A DNA stretch of 59,709 bases, the filler included, from Sphacelaria rigidula (taxonomy: Eukaryota): assembly GCA_964200075.2 (NCBI GenBank). It is 7 parts of 7 records of this genome, joined end to end, with 100 filler letters (N's around TTAATTAATTAA, not from the genome) between each part and the next. Parts side by side here need not be neighbours in the genome. Positions count along the whole stretch, not along the records: positions 1 to 8,446 come from CAXNAA020011106.1; positions 8,547 to 16,992 come from CAXNAA020011107.1; 5 more parts are not named here. One strand, written 5' to 3'. A program made the position numbers and the translations under genes. Of the stretch, positions 1-12,700 are shown piece by piece. Each line of letters starts with the position of its first letter. The first letter of the stretch is position 1. The notes under the pieces are model-generated. The model worked only from the letters and a program-made list of their open reading frames with translations, was not told the DNA's origin and ran no database searches.

Positions 1-1512
1 GCTTCTCGTTTTGCTCGGCTTCTCCCATTTCGATTTACGTGAAGATTGTGCCTCTCAAAACGATGCACTTTTGGGGGGGGGGCTATCGTAGAAAGTGTCG
101 ACAACGTATTGCCCTTCGGTACCCTAAAATATGGGACAGGCGAATGAAAAGGCCATTTCTCGGGGATCGACTTGTCACCTCCTACCCTTCTAGTGGCGAC
201 GCGGAGATTTCGAAGGAAACGGGCATGGCATGCCAAACAGAATACCTATCGCGCCTCGAATCCTTCGTTTGGGATCGTGCAGAGTGGGTATCGCTGAAAA
301 TCTGAAGGGCGGTGTTTGTCGCGGGATCTCGTACCACCGTTTCCACACGTCTAGAGTGAATGCTTGAAGTCCACTACACACAATATTTCTTCCCCTGTTC
401 GCGACGTGACTAGGAACCGCGTCTCGCGCATTCACCCCCGCCGCGCGTGCAATCCAATTTGGTCATTTTTCGAGTCTAGATCAGGTCAACAGGCTGCACG
501 TGATCGCGAAACAAGGCCAAGACGTCGCCTATCCGGACATTCCCGTCTGGGGGAAGTATAAAATAAACGACACTCCGGAGGACGCCCTTCAATCTATCGA
601 CCATGTTGTAGAGCAGCAGTCTATCCACCTTGTTTTGGTTGCTACCAACAAACAACTACAGAAAATGTTGGAGCCTGGCAAGGAGACGTGTAAAGCAAAG
701 GCGGGGTTATACCTAGAAGTGGCCGAGACATGCCCATTTTTCTACCTCACGTAGGAAGCAACGGTCGATGATGAGGCCATCGACATAACGTCGCAGATTC
801 CCCANNNNNNNNNNAGAGACGCTTACGTTGCCGCCGCTGTAGGTAGCGAAGGTGGAGATAAGCACGCTCTCATTGCTTGTGTACCAACACCTCGCGTGCG
901 GAGCAGTAGATTAGCGACGAAGAAGCCTTTAGTCATTGGTGCCGGAGATCTTATTGTAGGGGGCCCTGGATTTAAGAAGAGGTGGCTTGGATTCACCCCG
1001 GCCGCTAGTAGCTGCGACGATGATGAGTAAGACGACGCAGATGAAGATGAAGACGCTGCCGATTACGACGGCATGGCAGCCGATGACGGCGCGGGAGATT
1101 GACGGATGTAATGTATGCGGGTTCGGTTGTGAAAACGAGGGTCTGTTTTGGTGAGGTTGGGTTGGGGTATGGGGGTTTGGGGGAGGGGTGCTTAATCATC
1201 CTGTCGCGTTGTGCGTGGTTTTGTTCCGGGGGTACCCGATGATGAGAATTGACGGCGTCAACGCTTGTCGATCGCAACCGATGTTAGCACCGTGCGTGAA
1301 ACACCTGCTCGTGTTCTCGAATTCGATGAAAGCCAATGCATCATTCTTTTCGCCAGAGGGAAGGGTTCAAAGGGGAGTATCCGAGTCGTTTCCGTCACGG
1401 AATCTTGTGGGCAATGGGTAACCGATGTTTTGATTAAGGGGAGACACACAAACCCGCAGCTGATCGATAACAAGACACGAACGGTGCCCGTCTTAGTCGT
1501 GCCTGACGAGCA

Positions 1513-1528
1513 CCCCCCCCCCCCACCC
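1513..1528 (-). other. Candidate polypurine tract followed by the TG start of the 3' LTR (1512)
   Basis: Minus strand reads GGGT plus a G run, then TGCTCGTCAGG, just after the integrase ORF stop at 1531. The far end of the LTR could not be fixed. Confidence 0.5.
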
Positions 1529-1530
1529 TG

Positions 1531-2712
1531 TCAGGCATGATCGAGGTGTTGTTCCTCGAGCTGGCGCAGCCCGAGGGGGGGGCTTAGCGCAAGACATGGG
1601 ATCCGTGCGCTGCTACCTTTTTCCCTGTGGTGCAGAGTTGCCCACTCGAACCTCATCTCGGAGTTAAACCTCAACTCGCACAACTTGCTGTTGTAGGATA
1701 TCTGATCTTGATCCAAGCCTCGGTGGCCATCGAAGGTGTGTCTCTTAACCCCGATGATGGGCAAACGCGGGTAGCGGCCGAGATGTAACTCTTTCGGAGA
1801 ACGACCGGTAGCAGCGTTGACGGAGTTGTTATAAGACAACATGACATGTGAGAGATGGAGATCCCAATCGTTTTGTCGATCGTTGACTACCATAAACAGC
1901 ATCTGGGCCATGGTGTGGTTAACTCGTTCAGTACCACGGTTACCATTAGGATGATGAGCGCTCGTGGCTATCTTTCGAAGGCCCTGGAGCGTATACAGTT
2001 CGTCCGAGAGATTTGAGCAAAATTGCTGACCATTGTCTGAGAGAAGCCGTTTCGGGCTACCATGGTGCTTGGTGTAGTCATGAACTAAGATATAAGCTGT
2101 GCCCGCTGCTGTGACGTCTCCAGCGGTGACTGCGTACATGGCTGCGTGACGGCTGAAACGGTCGGTAAAGAGTAAGATGTAGGTGTTGCCACGGTCAGTG
2201 GGCGGTAAAAGACCGAAATGGTCGAAATACACGAGGTGACCAGGAGCGTTGGGAAGTGCCATCGGAATAACTGGCCAACGTATCGTCTGTCGTGAGTTTT
2301 TGCGAGCTTGACACTTGAAGCAGCGCCAAATCCAGAAGCGAGTGGACACTTCCATACCTATCCACCAGTAGAAAGGTTCGAGCAACGCTAGTGTGCGCGT
2401 GACACCAAGGTGGCAAGACAGGTCAGTGTGGCAGCCTTTCATTACCCACGGTCGCATCAAAAATGGGACATATATCCGAGTGGGTTCATCGTACAGTAGG
2501 CGTGGATGGTGTCCAGTGGGCGCGGGTGAAGTTACACCCTGCTGGGGCGTAGGACGGCGGACAAGCAAGTCGATTCCGTCATCAATTGTGAAGATAGTAG
2601 CTTTACGTACGAGTTCGTACACCTCAGCGACGTTTGGTGGCGGCAGTGTGCCAATCAGGGCCAACAAATTGGCCGGGATAGGAGCAGGGCAGCCAGCACG
2701 GAGGTACGGCAT
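1531..2712 (-). pseudogene. Gypsy integrase (zinc-binding HHCC + DDE core)
   Basis: GCHTDLSCHLG...RCFKCQARK; FDHFG; LSDNGQQF; GTERVNHTM; WDLHL..V.LSYNNSVNAATG.SP. Confidence 0.93.
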
Positions 2713-2721
2713 GGTTGCGCG

Positions 2722-2979
2722 TGTAGACTTCTGTCACTCAAGATTAGATTGCCATGTGGACTCCTCCCATCACGGCACATGGACTTCAGCAGCTTCAGTT
2801 ATTCATGTATTAACCCTCAGCATAGTACAGGAGAACATGACCATATAGCCTCTCTCCACCAGAGTGGCAAAACCAAGCCTACTCGCCATGGAGGTCACCA
2901 TCACAGAGTCCGGCAATCAGACCCGCAACTCCACCTACAATGTCCCTGACCTTAGGTAACAATGGTCGCTAGGTCTACA
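2722..2979. mobile_element. Solo-LTR-like insertion (258 bp) inside Gypsy pol
   Basis: Termini TGTAGAC...GTCTACA form a perfect 7-bp inverted repeat with TG..CA ends. It is flanked by a 4-bp duplication CGCG (2718-2721 / 2980-2983). Removing it joins EQQAEPLCR to ATMPYLRAG in frame. Confidence 0.85.
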
Positions 2980-3297
2980 CGCGGCATAAGGGTTCTGCTT
3001 GTTGTTCACGAGCGCAATCACGATGGGAGTAACTGGCGAGAAATTCGCGCAGTTGGCCTTCCGCCGGAGAGCCGACCAGACATTGTGGCTCAGGAAGCGG
3101 TGGAACAAGCGACGGGGGGGAGGTGCCAACGTCGATGTGAACGGCGGAAGCATCAGAAGGGGTGGGCACTGACGGGGTCGCGGTGGGCGGCGATGTCGCA
3201 GTAGTGCGCGCCGGAGATCGCGCTCGGCGCTTGTTGTGAGAACTGCGCGTGGCGGGGGTTGTCAAGGCTCGTGGTGCGGTGTTGCGGGGAGCTGGCG

Positions 3298-4056
3298 CTA
3301 CGCTGCGTACAGGGCTGTAGGTGTTATCGGTGGCGGTGTGGCGCGGGGAGGGTTAGCGCGGGCGGCAGACCGAGAGCGCGTGTTGTCGGAAATGAGATGG
3401 ACAACTGAAGGTGGAAAAACTGCAATTTTTGCGCGAGGACCGATAGTACGGAAATCGGCGAAATCGGCGTCGGTGGATTGTAGCCCATTCAAGACTGCAT
3501 CATACGGTAGGGGGCGGGGGCCGCCCATGTGCATACCCTTCTCTGGGCAATGAAGGTCAAGGGCGTAAATGGGCGTTGAGAAACGCCTGATAAGATACAT
3601 GCCGGGTTCATCGGGTTCAGTTAGTCGACAAGCGGGGCTGAAATCCACAGCCGTTGGAGGAAGGGGCAAGCGGCAGAGAAGGTCAGCATTCACGTTGGTC
3701 TTGCCAGGGCGGTGTTTGACAGTATACTGATAAGCTGTCAGGAACTCCAACCAGCATTGCACACGCGGGTTATGTTCGCCAACTTTGGTGAGTTGTTCAA
3801 GTGCTCCGTGATCCGTGTAGATTTGGAAGAGCACATGAAACAAATATTGTCGAAGGCGCTTTATGGCCCAAGTGATGACTCCGCCTTCCAGCTCTAGTGG
3901 ACTCCAGTTGGCCTCGTTTGGAAGGGTGGCACGGCTGATATAGAGGATGGGTTGAATAGAGCCATCGAGTTGAGGCTGATTCAGGACCGCGCCGAACCCG
4001 TCGGTGCTCGTGTCTGTATGTAGTTGAAAGAGGCGATAGCCGTCTTGTACGGCATC
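3298..4056 (-). pseudogene. Gypsy RNase H domain and linker
   Basis: HTDTSTDGFGAVL..., YISRATLPNEANWSPLELE, FQIYTDHGALEQL, WLEFLTAYQYTVKHRPGKTNVNADLL. Confidence 0.9.
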
Positions 4057-5330
4057 TCAGTCCAGGAAACAAAGGACCGGTTTTTCGGTGAATGTTTTCA
4101 GCAAGTCTCGCACAATATCTTCCATATCTATGGTGAAGACAAATGCGGCGCCTTTTTTGAGCAAGTCCGTAATGGGGCGAATCTGTTTGGACAGGTTAAG
4201 CAAAAATTTGCGATAGTAGGACTGTCCACCTAATAATGAGCGCAGCTGAGTAATGTTTGTGGGCATCGGCAATTCAGTCATTGCTCTGACTTTGTTGGTT
4301 TCGCGGTGTAGACCCGCCGGTGAAATTGAGTGTCCTAGAGAATCCAGTTCAGTCGCACCAAGGCGAGCTTGGGATGGAGACAATTTAAAATCATGTTTCC
4401 GCAGTCGAGAAAGAAACTCTCGTAAGGTGTGCACATACGCAAGAGGGGAGGCATCGAATGCGATAGCGTCGTCCAAGTACATGATGACGTGTTCGAGATT
4501 CTCTGTAACGCGTTGCATCAAGCGTTGAAAACAACCTGGTGCAGTGGCGGCACCTTGTGGCATACGGAGCCATTAGTAGAGCCCAGAAGATGTACAAAAC
4601 GCTGTCAGTGGAACTGTATCAGGGTGGATGGCGCTCTGGAAAAATCCAGAAGCGAGGTCGAAGGCGCTGAATACTTGTCCTTCGCCTAGAGAGTCGAAGA
4701 CTTCATCTATGCGAGGAATGGGAAGTTGTCCCACTACAGTGACGCGATTTAGCCGTTGATCATTCACGGTGATGCGTATGTTTCCATCCATTTGGGGGAC
4801 GAGTAATGCTACGGTATGGGTGCACGGATATTTTCTGACGTTAGAATTGTTAGGAGCCCTTTATCTCATGCAAAACACGACCTATGAAAATATTTGAAAG
4901 TACGCCAGGATTACTATTCCGATGTGCTGGGAAAATCCCGAATGAATTTGCGAACGGGGATGCCCTGCCCCATATTTTTGTGCATCTAGAATCGTTAGGA
5001 GCCCCTGAACTAGCCATAATTTCGCGAAAAAAGTGCACCCCTACCGTAGCATTGCTCGGACTACCACTAGCGGTGAAGCCCACGGAAAAGAGGAGTGTTG
5101 AATTAATCCGACACCTAAGTACGCATCTAATATGGCGTTAACCTTTCTGGTAAGGATGGGGTTCGTCCGATACGCTCGAGAAGAGATTGGCGAAACGCCA
5201 GGTTGAAGGGTGATTTCAAAGGGCAGCGTTTTGCAATGCCCCAGATCCGTTTTGGATCGAGAAAATCTGTCCTGGTACTCCAATAAAACATCGCTCAATT
5301 CTTTGATTACAGCGGGTTCCCAACGGGGTC
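4057..5330 (-). pseudogene. Gypsy reverse transcriptase, interrupted by a MITE and a stop codon
   Basis: FSRSKTDLG...WASPLVVV|PQMDGNIRITV...PIPRIDE...FDLASGFFQ...MPQG...YLDD...QLRSLLG. There is a stop at 4573 and an insertion at 4801-5057. Confidence 0.93.
4801..5057. mobile_element. Non-autonomous DNA transposon (MITE) with GAG..CTC termini and 4-bp TSD (Sola2-like)
   Basis: The 25-bp TIRs GAGTAATGCTACGGTATGGGTGCAC / GTGCACCCCTACCGTAGCATTGCTC have 2 mismatches. The TSD is GGAC (4797-4800 / 5058-5061). Excision restores LVVVPQMDGN. Confidence 0.9.
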
Positions 5331-5799
5331 CATGTAGGCCAAAATTGATGTCACGTAAATGGGGTGGAAGTTGATCCCACATATGCAAGAAACGTGTCCG
5401 AGATTCTGGTGATGGGCATTGCTGCACTTCAGCAGGAGGTTCGGACGTTGACAGTGCAGGGTCCACGGTGTGATTACGTGATGTAGACGAAGAGGTTACG
5501 TCGAAGTAAGGCTCATCGACGAAATTGACAGAACCGTCTGTCGGAGGCGCTGGGTTGGGCGTAGAGGGTTCAGCGGCACATGTCTCAAGTGGAATGTGCA
5601 TGAGGGGAGCAGCAGCAATACCCAAAACATCTCCGGGTTCCAAGTTGGCGTGACCCGTGCGTGGCAAAAGTTGTTTTCCTGCGGAAACGAAGTGGTCTGT
5701 GCCGGCAGGCGCACCAACCCGAGGAAGCATTTCAGCGAGGTAATGCCCCGTGAGGGCAGGCATGCCATTTCGGCGAACTGAGGCAACTTCTAACAGTTG

Positions 5800-6393
5800 A
5801 GGATCATCGGAGAGGATAACACCAGTAGTACCATCGTATCGAAGGTGGTAAGCAGCTCCGGTAGCTTGTTCATTTTTTTGATAGGCCAAGGGGCCGTGAA
5901 GAGTACCGAAATGTTCAAGGTTGAGTTCTCCACGAGGCGCAGATTGTGGCGATAATGCTGGCAGCGTGCGGTAGGTACGTTGATCAAACCGCATGAAACC
6001 ATCTTGGCCCATGAGTAAGGCGTGAGCCATGGTGCTGTTGGGGACAACATATGCCCAGACTGTAAGGCTGGCAAAACGAGTTGTGTTGCGAAAGAATTGC
6101 ACACTGAGACGAACTGATATTCGTGTGGTCAAAGGTGCGGTGGAGTCACCAAAACCGCCCCATACTCGAGGTTTAGTGGTGATTTCGCCAGCTGCTGAAG
6201 CAGCGCCAATCTGTTTCATATGTTCCCACATTGGTTCACGAATAAATGTTTGTGGACTGCCGCTGTCTAACAACGAGACGCATTTGGCAGTCGTGATTGC
6301 GTATGGTCCACAATGGAGCGCTACGCGAGTAGTAAAAGTGGCAGGGTCAACAGACACTTTTCCACCGACAAGATCCGAACCGTGTTCAGCCAA
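5800..6393 (-). pseudogene. Gypsy aspartic protease region
   Basis: CVSLLDSGSPQTFI catalytic motif and downstream LLMGQDG (the LLGxD equivalent) in ORF 5041..6393. The lower boundary is approximate. Confidence 0.85.
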
Positions 6394-7657
6394 GGTAAAT
6401 TGATCGGAATCAGTAGTGCTAACACCGAAAACAGAGGGCGAGTGATCCGCCGGGGGGTCAACTTTCTCACCAGAAAGTTTGGTGGATGATGTGTAATCCC
6501 CAGAGTGAGCACAGCTCGGCTGGTCATTGGCAATTTCATATATAACCGTGTTGGGAAGGCAGGGATCAACGTCTAAAGTAGATCCGTCTTGTTCAGTGTA
6601 GTCCGCAGAAGGGGTAGAAATATCCGAAATATCTTTTTTGGATTATTCTGGGACACTTGATAAATTCATTGAGCTCAAAGTCGCCGCATTTTGGAGAGAG
6701 TGAGGTCGAGATTCTCCACTCGAGGGAGGTGTACGTGTATATGCGCGCGCTTCAGTGGGGGCATGTTCACGGGGCTTCCTCTCTCGCCGTGACAAAGGGC
6801 GGGGAACCTCCAAAGTGTTTGGGGAAAACCCAACTGCGTCCAGTTGAGTGGATGGGGTCAGCATCGGGGCATGCTCGGGCGAAGCTTGCGGACTGTCCGC
6901 TGGCAAGCTTGGCTAAGGAGGCATAGCCGAAGGTATAGTCGGATGGTTTGTGTGGGAACCATTCAGGGGTAGCTTCGTATGGTGCAATGAACGCGAAGAG
7001 TGAACTCGTTTGACCAAGGTGGGTGTTACCTGGTCCGAAGCGGTCAAATTCTGACCAGCGACACTTGAACCAGTCGAGTGGATTACACTACTGCCTGTGC
7101 GTGCGGTCATTGGGGGAAGCCTGTGCCTCAGAGACGGGCGGTTGGTGTTCCCACACCTCAGACTTACTCTCAGTTCCGGAGGACCAAGTCCAGAGCCGAG
7201 GGTAGGGCTAAGTTGTGAGTCAAAGCAACTGTAACGCTGTGTACGAAGAGGTGAAGACGGGGATCGATGTGAGCGGCCATCATTAGAACTAGTGCCGGTG
7301 AGGTTGAGCGAGAAAGTTGGGTCTCGCGTTCCGCGGTTGGTGTTGAGGTAGCCTTCGTGTGTGCTGTTGGCCCTGCCGAAGACGTAAAAACGCCGGCGTC
7401 GGCATGTCATGGATCAGTACGATCAGTCATAAAGGAACCAGGGTTTCTGGCGTTGGGGTTCGAGTGATTGTGATTCGGCCCCGTGCGCTGGTGTCTATCG
7501 GCGGAATTCAGGTGACGGTGAGAAGAATTCACTCTTCGCTGGGAGCTAGAATTGTCGTAGTTGTTGGGACGACTGTCGCGATGCGAGCGAGTGTTGTCGC
7601 GATTATGGAAAGGGCGGCGAGAATGACGGGTGTGCGGTATTCACGCATGCGTTTATG

Positions 7658-8389
7658 CTATCGGCGCCATGCTGGCTCATTGTCCTGCAGCTCAGAATTC
7701 ATGAGGTCGAACGAGTTGATACAAGGGCGAGTACAATCGCGCATACTGTGCTCCTGGGTGTTACAATTGATGCAACTCTTTGCGTTGCGGCTGAAGGCCT
7801 CGTGTCTGACAGCAGACGGGAGGAGGGGGTTCCACAGATGTCGATCATCTGTAGTAAACGCAGAGGTAGAAACAGTGTGAACATCATCCCAAGACTCGGC
7901 GCAGTACGGCCATCCGTCAAAACTGGCGCTGAACGGATATCTCTTGTTTGCAACGCTCACGACGGAGCCGGCCACGGAGGCAGGAACCCACGAGAAACAA
8001 ACGAAGTGTGAGGTCGATTACGGGACCCTGAAGAGGTCGAAGGAGGCGCAGGAGTAGACTGGGAACGAGCTGGGGCATACTTGTCGCCGCGGATAGCTGG
8101 AGTCAAATTATATTCCTGGTGAACGAACGCACTCCACATCGCATCCACTGAGGGGTAGGGTACTTCGTGGTGGGCTTAAGCACCGGGAAATAGTGACGGC
8201 AATAGAGTCGGGAACTGCTCGGACACACTATTCCGCACATATGATTGGCACATTGCATCCGACGGACCAGTGTGTCGGCCTACCCCCGTAGCGCTGGACA
8301 CGATTAGCTTAAAAGCTCGAAGGTAATCGGCGAAAGGAACGTCTGCTGCTACACCGAAAGAACCGAGTCGCTGGATCACGCTACCTTGA
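7658..8389 (-). pseudogene. Gypsy gag fragment with zinc knuckle
   Basis: CINCNTQEHSMRDC fits CX2CX4HX4C. The region is split over ORFs 8176..8379, 7957..8148 and 7658..7975. Confidence 0.8.
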
Positions 8390-8446
8390 GAGTCATCCTA
8401 CGATAGGGGGGGGGGGGGATATGGGGCCATTGGTTGCTTGAAATTT
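8390..8446. mobile_element. Left end of a GAG-terminal MITE, cut by the contig end
   Basis: GAGTCATCCTACGATAGGGGGG is identical to the left TIR of the element at 28732. Confidence 0.8.
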
Positions 8447-8546
8447 NNNNNNNNNNNNNNNNNNNNNNNNNNNNNNNNNNNNNNNNNNNNTTAATTAATT
8501 AANNNNNNNNNNNNNNNNNNNNNNNNNNNNNNNNNNNNNNNNNNNN
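8447..8546. other. Artificial contig spacer
   Basis: N44-TTAATTAATTAA-N44, a linker with stop codons in all frames. Confidence 0.98.
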
Positions 8547-9748
8547 TAATCCTCCGGGTTCTCATCCTCAATCAAAAGCACCATCCTCAACATAGATGAT
8601 TAGCTGTTTAAAGTGTCATGTGCATCCACATGGGAAATACTGGGAATTCATGGCGAAGCTCAGTGATTCACTTCAACCGTTTACATCAAAATGGTCATCC
8701 CAACCCTCTCTGGATCTGTTTCTCAATCTAGATATTCGCTCAAAATTAGAGCTCGCTAATGGTTTGTTCAAAAGTAATCAGTTGTACGGTTACGTAAAGC
8801 ACAATCATCAGTCAGTTGAATAAGGACTGGTTTCATCATCGAGCGATGCAGCCGTGAGCCAAAAAGCCCACCTTGGTAGGAGACTCGGAAGAGGAGGCCT
8901 CGTGACGGAGGCATACTTTCACACAATTCGCTTCATGACAGATAAAATATGGGTGAAATTACGGTGATTTTCAAGGGTTGAATGTAGCATGCATAGAAGG
9001 TATCTGGACAACCGAACGGTGGAATTATTCCAAAACGGTGCCGGAGATCCAAGAGTTCATGACGCCCCTTACTCAGCACAACAGATACATCATCGTCGCG
9101 GGATTATTTTCGAAATGAAAATGCTGACCGAAATCCCGCAAGTTTGGTCGTATTGGATTGAACAAGTCGAGGTGTGCGGGGTTTACTTTCAACCGCCAGG
9201 GTGCATCTTTGTCATTTGGGTTTTACTTCATCTTCCAAGTGAGGACGCCCGTTGCACACGGTGTACTGTACAAACGTACCGATTGAAGTCAGTTGAAACT
9301 GCCAGAGTCTGGGGTATTACAAAAACGAGCCAGAAGAGGATAGTTGGTCGTTTCAAAGTCTCCTCATCATCTGTATGCTGTGCGCTCGAGAGGGGAGGGT
9401 CCTTGGTGGTCACCACAGCCACATAGCTCACCAGCCCCACGCGTGAATATCTTCAAACTATAAGCACCATCAGACGACAACACACGAAAGTTGGACACTT
9501 TGCTTATTTCCACGTTGGCGACAGCATACAAATGTAAGCTCCCTCCATCCTAAGGCGAGGCCCAAAATACGGCTCCCTCCCTACCTCTCGTTCGCTGCCC
9601 TACACGAGGATAAACGGACGGCCTAAGATCTTGCTCCAATACCGAAGTACCACAACACAAGCGCAGCCGGGAATTCATCACCGCGGGCATCACCAAAAAG
9701 ATACTGGATCGATTTTTTTTAACCAGTGATATTGGTGTTTCGGGTACT

Positions 9749-12700
9749 TCAGAAACCGAACTCCTCAAGCACGGGCGTGACGGCTGCCAAGTCAGCCTCC
9801 TTCTCCGCCTTGTCCTTGATTTGTTTGGCACTCTTCTTCTCTACGTAGTACGCCTCGGACTTGATCTTGCGCTGAGCCTGGGCAACGCAAGCAGTGACGA
9901 ATGTCCACAATAAATCACATATGACCTCAGGAGAGTAGCAAATGATTTGGGGCTAAGAGAACGACGGTCTGACGCTTGACTTCATCTGTAACAGTTCAAG
10001 CACGATCTGACCGGGCCTGATGTTAAGAAGTACGAGCACCATCACCAGCGAAAACAAGAAAAAATACTCCGATTGTTTTAGTGATGACATTTGTTGGAAC
10101 CTATACACAGTATGCCATCAACCAACCGCGCCCCGCTTGTGTACATGCGTTTACATATTGTGTACCAAACTCCTGCTTTTTTTCCCCTTCTAGTATCATG
10201 TCATTCAGCCCTTCCTTGTGTCGAATAGCCAACTTCGCAAGTTTTCGATACGCCAGATATCAAGGCTAAAGGACATCAAAACTGGGTGACCCTAGAATTC
10301 CACGCCTTGAGGGAAGTCGTCGCCGTCAGGGCCGCTAAACGGTTTGCGATCACAGGCCGCCGCGCCCCCGTGCCCCCGTGGTGCAATGGTCCGACTGTCG
10401 CCATGAGGGTGAACGGAACGAGGATTCTATTGCCGGCGCCTTGGTTTTCTCCTTACTAGTATCTGGTTTCTACCGTGGAAAGCGTGAGGACGTGAGTGAG
10501 AAACCCGTTCACCGAGTTTGTTCGACATGGGTTGACCCCGTGCGGGAGTGCTGACCCAATCCGCGAGAATAAAATGCAAGGCATGCACCGGGGAGAAATG
10601 GGTTGATTACTCGAGACCACGGACTCGTCCCGTGGAAGGGGAGGGGGTTCAAAGTGCGACAAGAAAACCCCAGTCTATTGCACTTCATATATCGGAATAC
10701 ACCTGTTTCCTCCGTTCAGAAACATCGCGATGCATCGTGATCACGAGGCAAGGAGGGCAACACACCGTTTGAAACAACGGAATACGCATGAGTTCGTCGA
10801 CTTTTCCACTAGTACATCACATCCACCAAAAATAGCGTCCAGTGGATACAAGCAGGGTATTTGACTTGTCCATGAAATCATGGAGAGCTTTTGCATCTTA
10901 CCTCCAAGCGCTTGATCAGCTCCGCGTGCGGCCATCCCACCTCCTCAGACAGGCGGCCGAGAACGCAGAAACGGCGTCCAGGCGCCATCCTGATCACCTG
11001 AAGAGCCTCGGGCACGACCATGCGCTTTTTCGTGTCGTATGGAGCGGGAATACCCTCGAAGCACTGAAATACACCATCACAACAAGGGAAGGCGCCGTGC
11101 GAGGTACCAGAGGGACGATCAATCATCGCCAACAAGGTTGCACATCGTCTATAAATAATCGATGCAATTTCGATAAATATCGGCGATACGCCATATCGGT
11201 ATCGAAGCGTAGGGTATCAATATATACTACATATCAATATCGAATATCGGTACGCTCGATATTCGGCCTTTTTTCTCGCGATATTCCTCCTCTCGACGAT
11301 ATGCTTGCAACGCCGCCCAGTTCAGCCCTGGCTTCACTTCAAGTGAGGAGTGAGTGAGCTTTGGAAACATGCCTGGAGGATGTGGTATCTCATGCGACCT
11401 ACAACAGTGAGTGAGGGTGCCAGCGTGCTGCTCAGTCTTGTACACTGCGGCTATCCCAAAACAGCGGCATCATATCGAAAATCGATACGTATCGTAACAT
11501 TTTAGGAATATCGAGAAAATATCAGTATCGGCGGTTGTGGTTAATATTAGATATTGTGGGAATATTTATCGAACCTTATCCTCGGTCCGCTATGCAACCC
11601 TGATTGCTCATCATTGCGCAAAGGCACATTCTCGGTCCACTGCGAATATGTATATATCGAGTGTAAATCAGGGCTCACACCAAACTGTACACATGTTGAG
11701 GGCCAAGCCATTCATTGATTCACCACCCGCCATAACCGCCGCTCTGCCTCACTAGCGTTTGTCCCGGTAGCCGGTCTTCACAGCAAATAGAGCCATCTTC
11801 GGACGACTCCCACTTTTGTCACGTGTTGTTTTGAACATGACGTCGGCCGTTTCATCTCTAGACGGAGGACATGACGCCTTTGTGAGCAGCAGTTTTGTGG
11901 TTACCGACGAACCAGAGGTGCAGCAGAACCGCTCCCAGGGGTGATGCGCGTACTTTCCAGGTGCAACGACCCAGCTGGCCAGTATCGAATGGAAAACAAG
12001 GCGCAAATCGCAGAAAAGATCCCCTCACCGGATTTTCTTCTTCGGACAAAGAGCGTCTTGGCCGCAAAAAAACGAAGAATTCAAGTTCAACCGAAACTCC
12101 TTCGTTTGGATATTCGTCTTTACTTTCCTCAATTGCTTACAATCTTGGCGTGTCCATACATATTCTGCTTCCCTTTTGTTATTTTTTTTCCAACAATTTC
12201 CTCGGGACCGGTTGTTCGTGGTCCCTTCCTTTTACCTCTCCCGCTTCTAAAGCTTTTCCCTACTTGGACTCTTCTTCACTTTACCCTGTTCAATCAATTT
12301 TTTCGTTCCTCTTTAGCATATCTAGATTCTCCTTGTGATCGTGTGTACTTCGAGCACTTCTACTTGATGACCACAGCTGCTGCAGGCAGATTCATTGATG
12401 TGTGCAGTCATGATGCCATGACGGTGAAAAGGAGAAGACGACCTCGCGAAGACCATACCACCTTACCCCTGTCGGCTTTGACGCTCGTCTGGTGTTCACA
12501 TGGTTTCGATTTCGAAGTTTTCGCAGACAAACGATCTGGTTCCGGACAAAGTACACATACAAATGGGAACCATGATGTACGGGACAGGACTTGATGAGCT
12601 CCGGCTGAGTGATTCATGTTTTTCAGTCATGGCCTGCTTGGTCGTGTAAGTGCATACTCGATGCCTCTGTTTCGTCTTCAAGCTCGACCGACTATGGCGC

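Larger units (their letters stand above)
1513..8389 (-). mobile_element. Ty3/Gypsy LTR retrotransposon, decayed and 5'-truncated by the contig end
   Basis: Minus-strand domain order is gag (CX2CX4HX4C) - aspartic protease (LLDSGS) - RT (MPQG, YLDD) - RNase H - integrase (HHCC + DDE). PR-RT-RH-INT order is diagnostic of Ty3/Gypsy. It carries in-frame stops (4573, 4057) and nested insertions. Confidence 0.95.

Noticed and set aside
2393-8011. Plus-strand ORFs over the retrotransposon (e.g. 2393..2848, 7359..7880)
   Set aside because: They are antisense shadows of gag-pol with no independent motifs.
8491-8502. Recurrent TTAATTAATTAA motif every ~8.54 kb
   Set aside because: It is always embedded in N44 runs, so it is an artificial linker and not a biological repeat.
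11135-11577. CGATAT/ATCG-rich block with short AAGGTT..AACCTT ends in RPL13A intron 3
   Set aside because: Probably a repeat, but the TIR is too short and no TSD was found, so boundaries cannot be supported.
11895-12594. 147-aa and 217-aa plus-strand ORFs
   Set aside because: They are antisense within an RPL13A intron, have F/L/S-rich low-complexity composition and show no domain.
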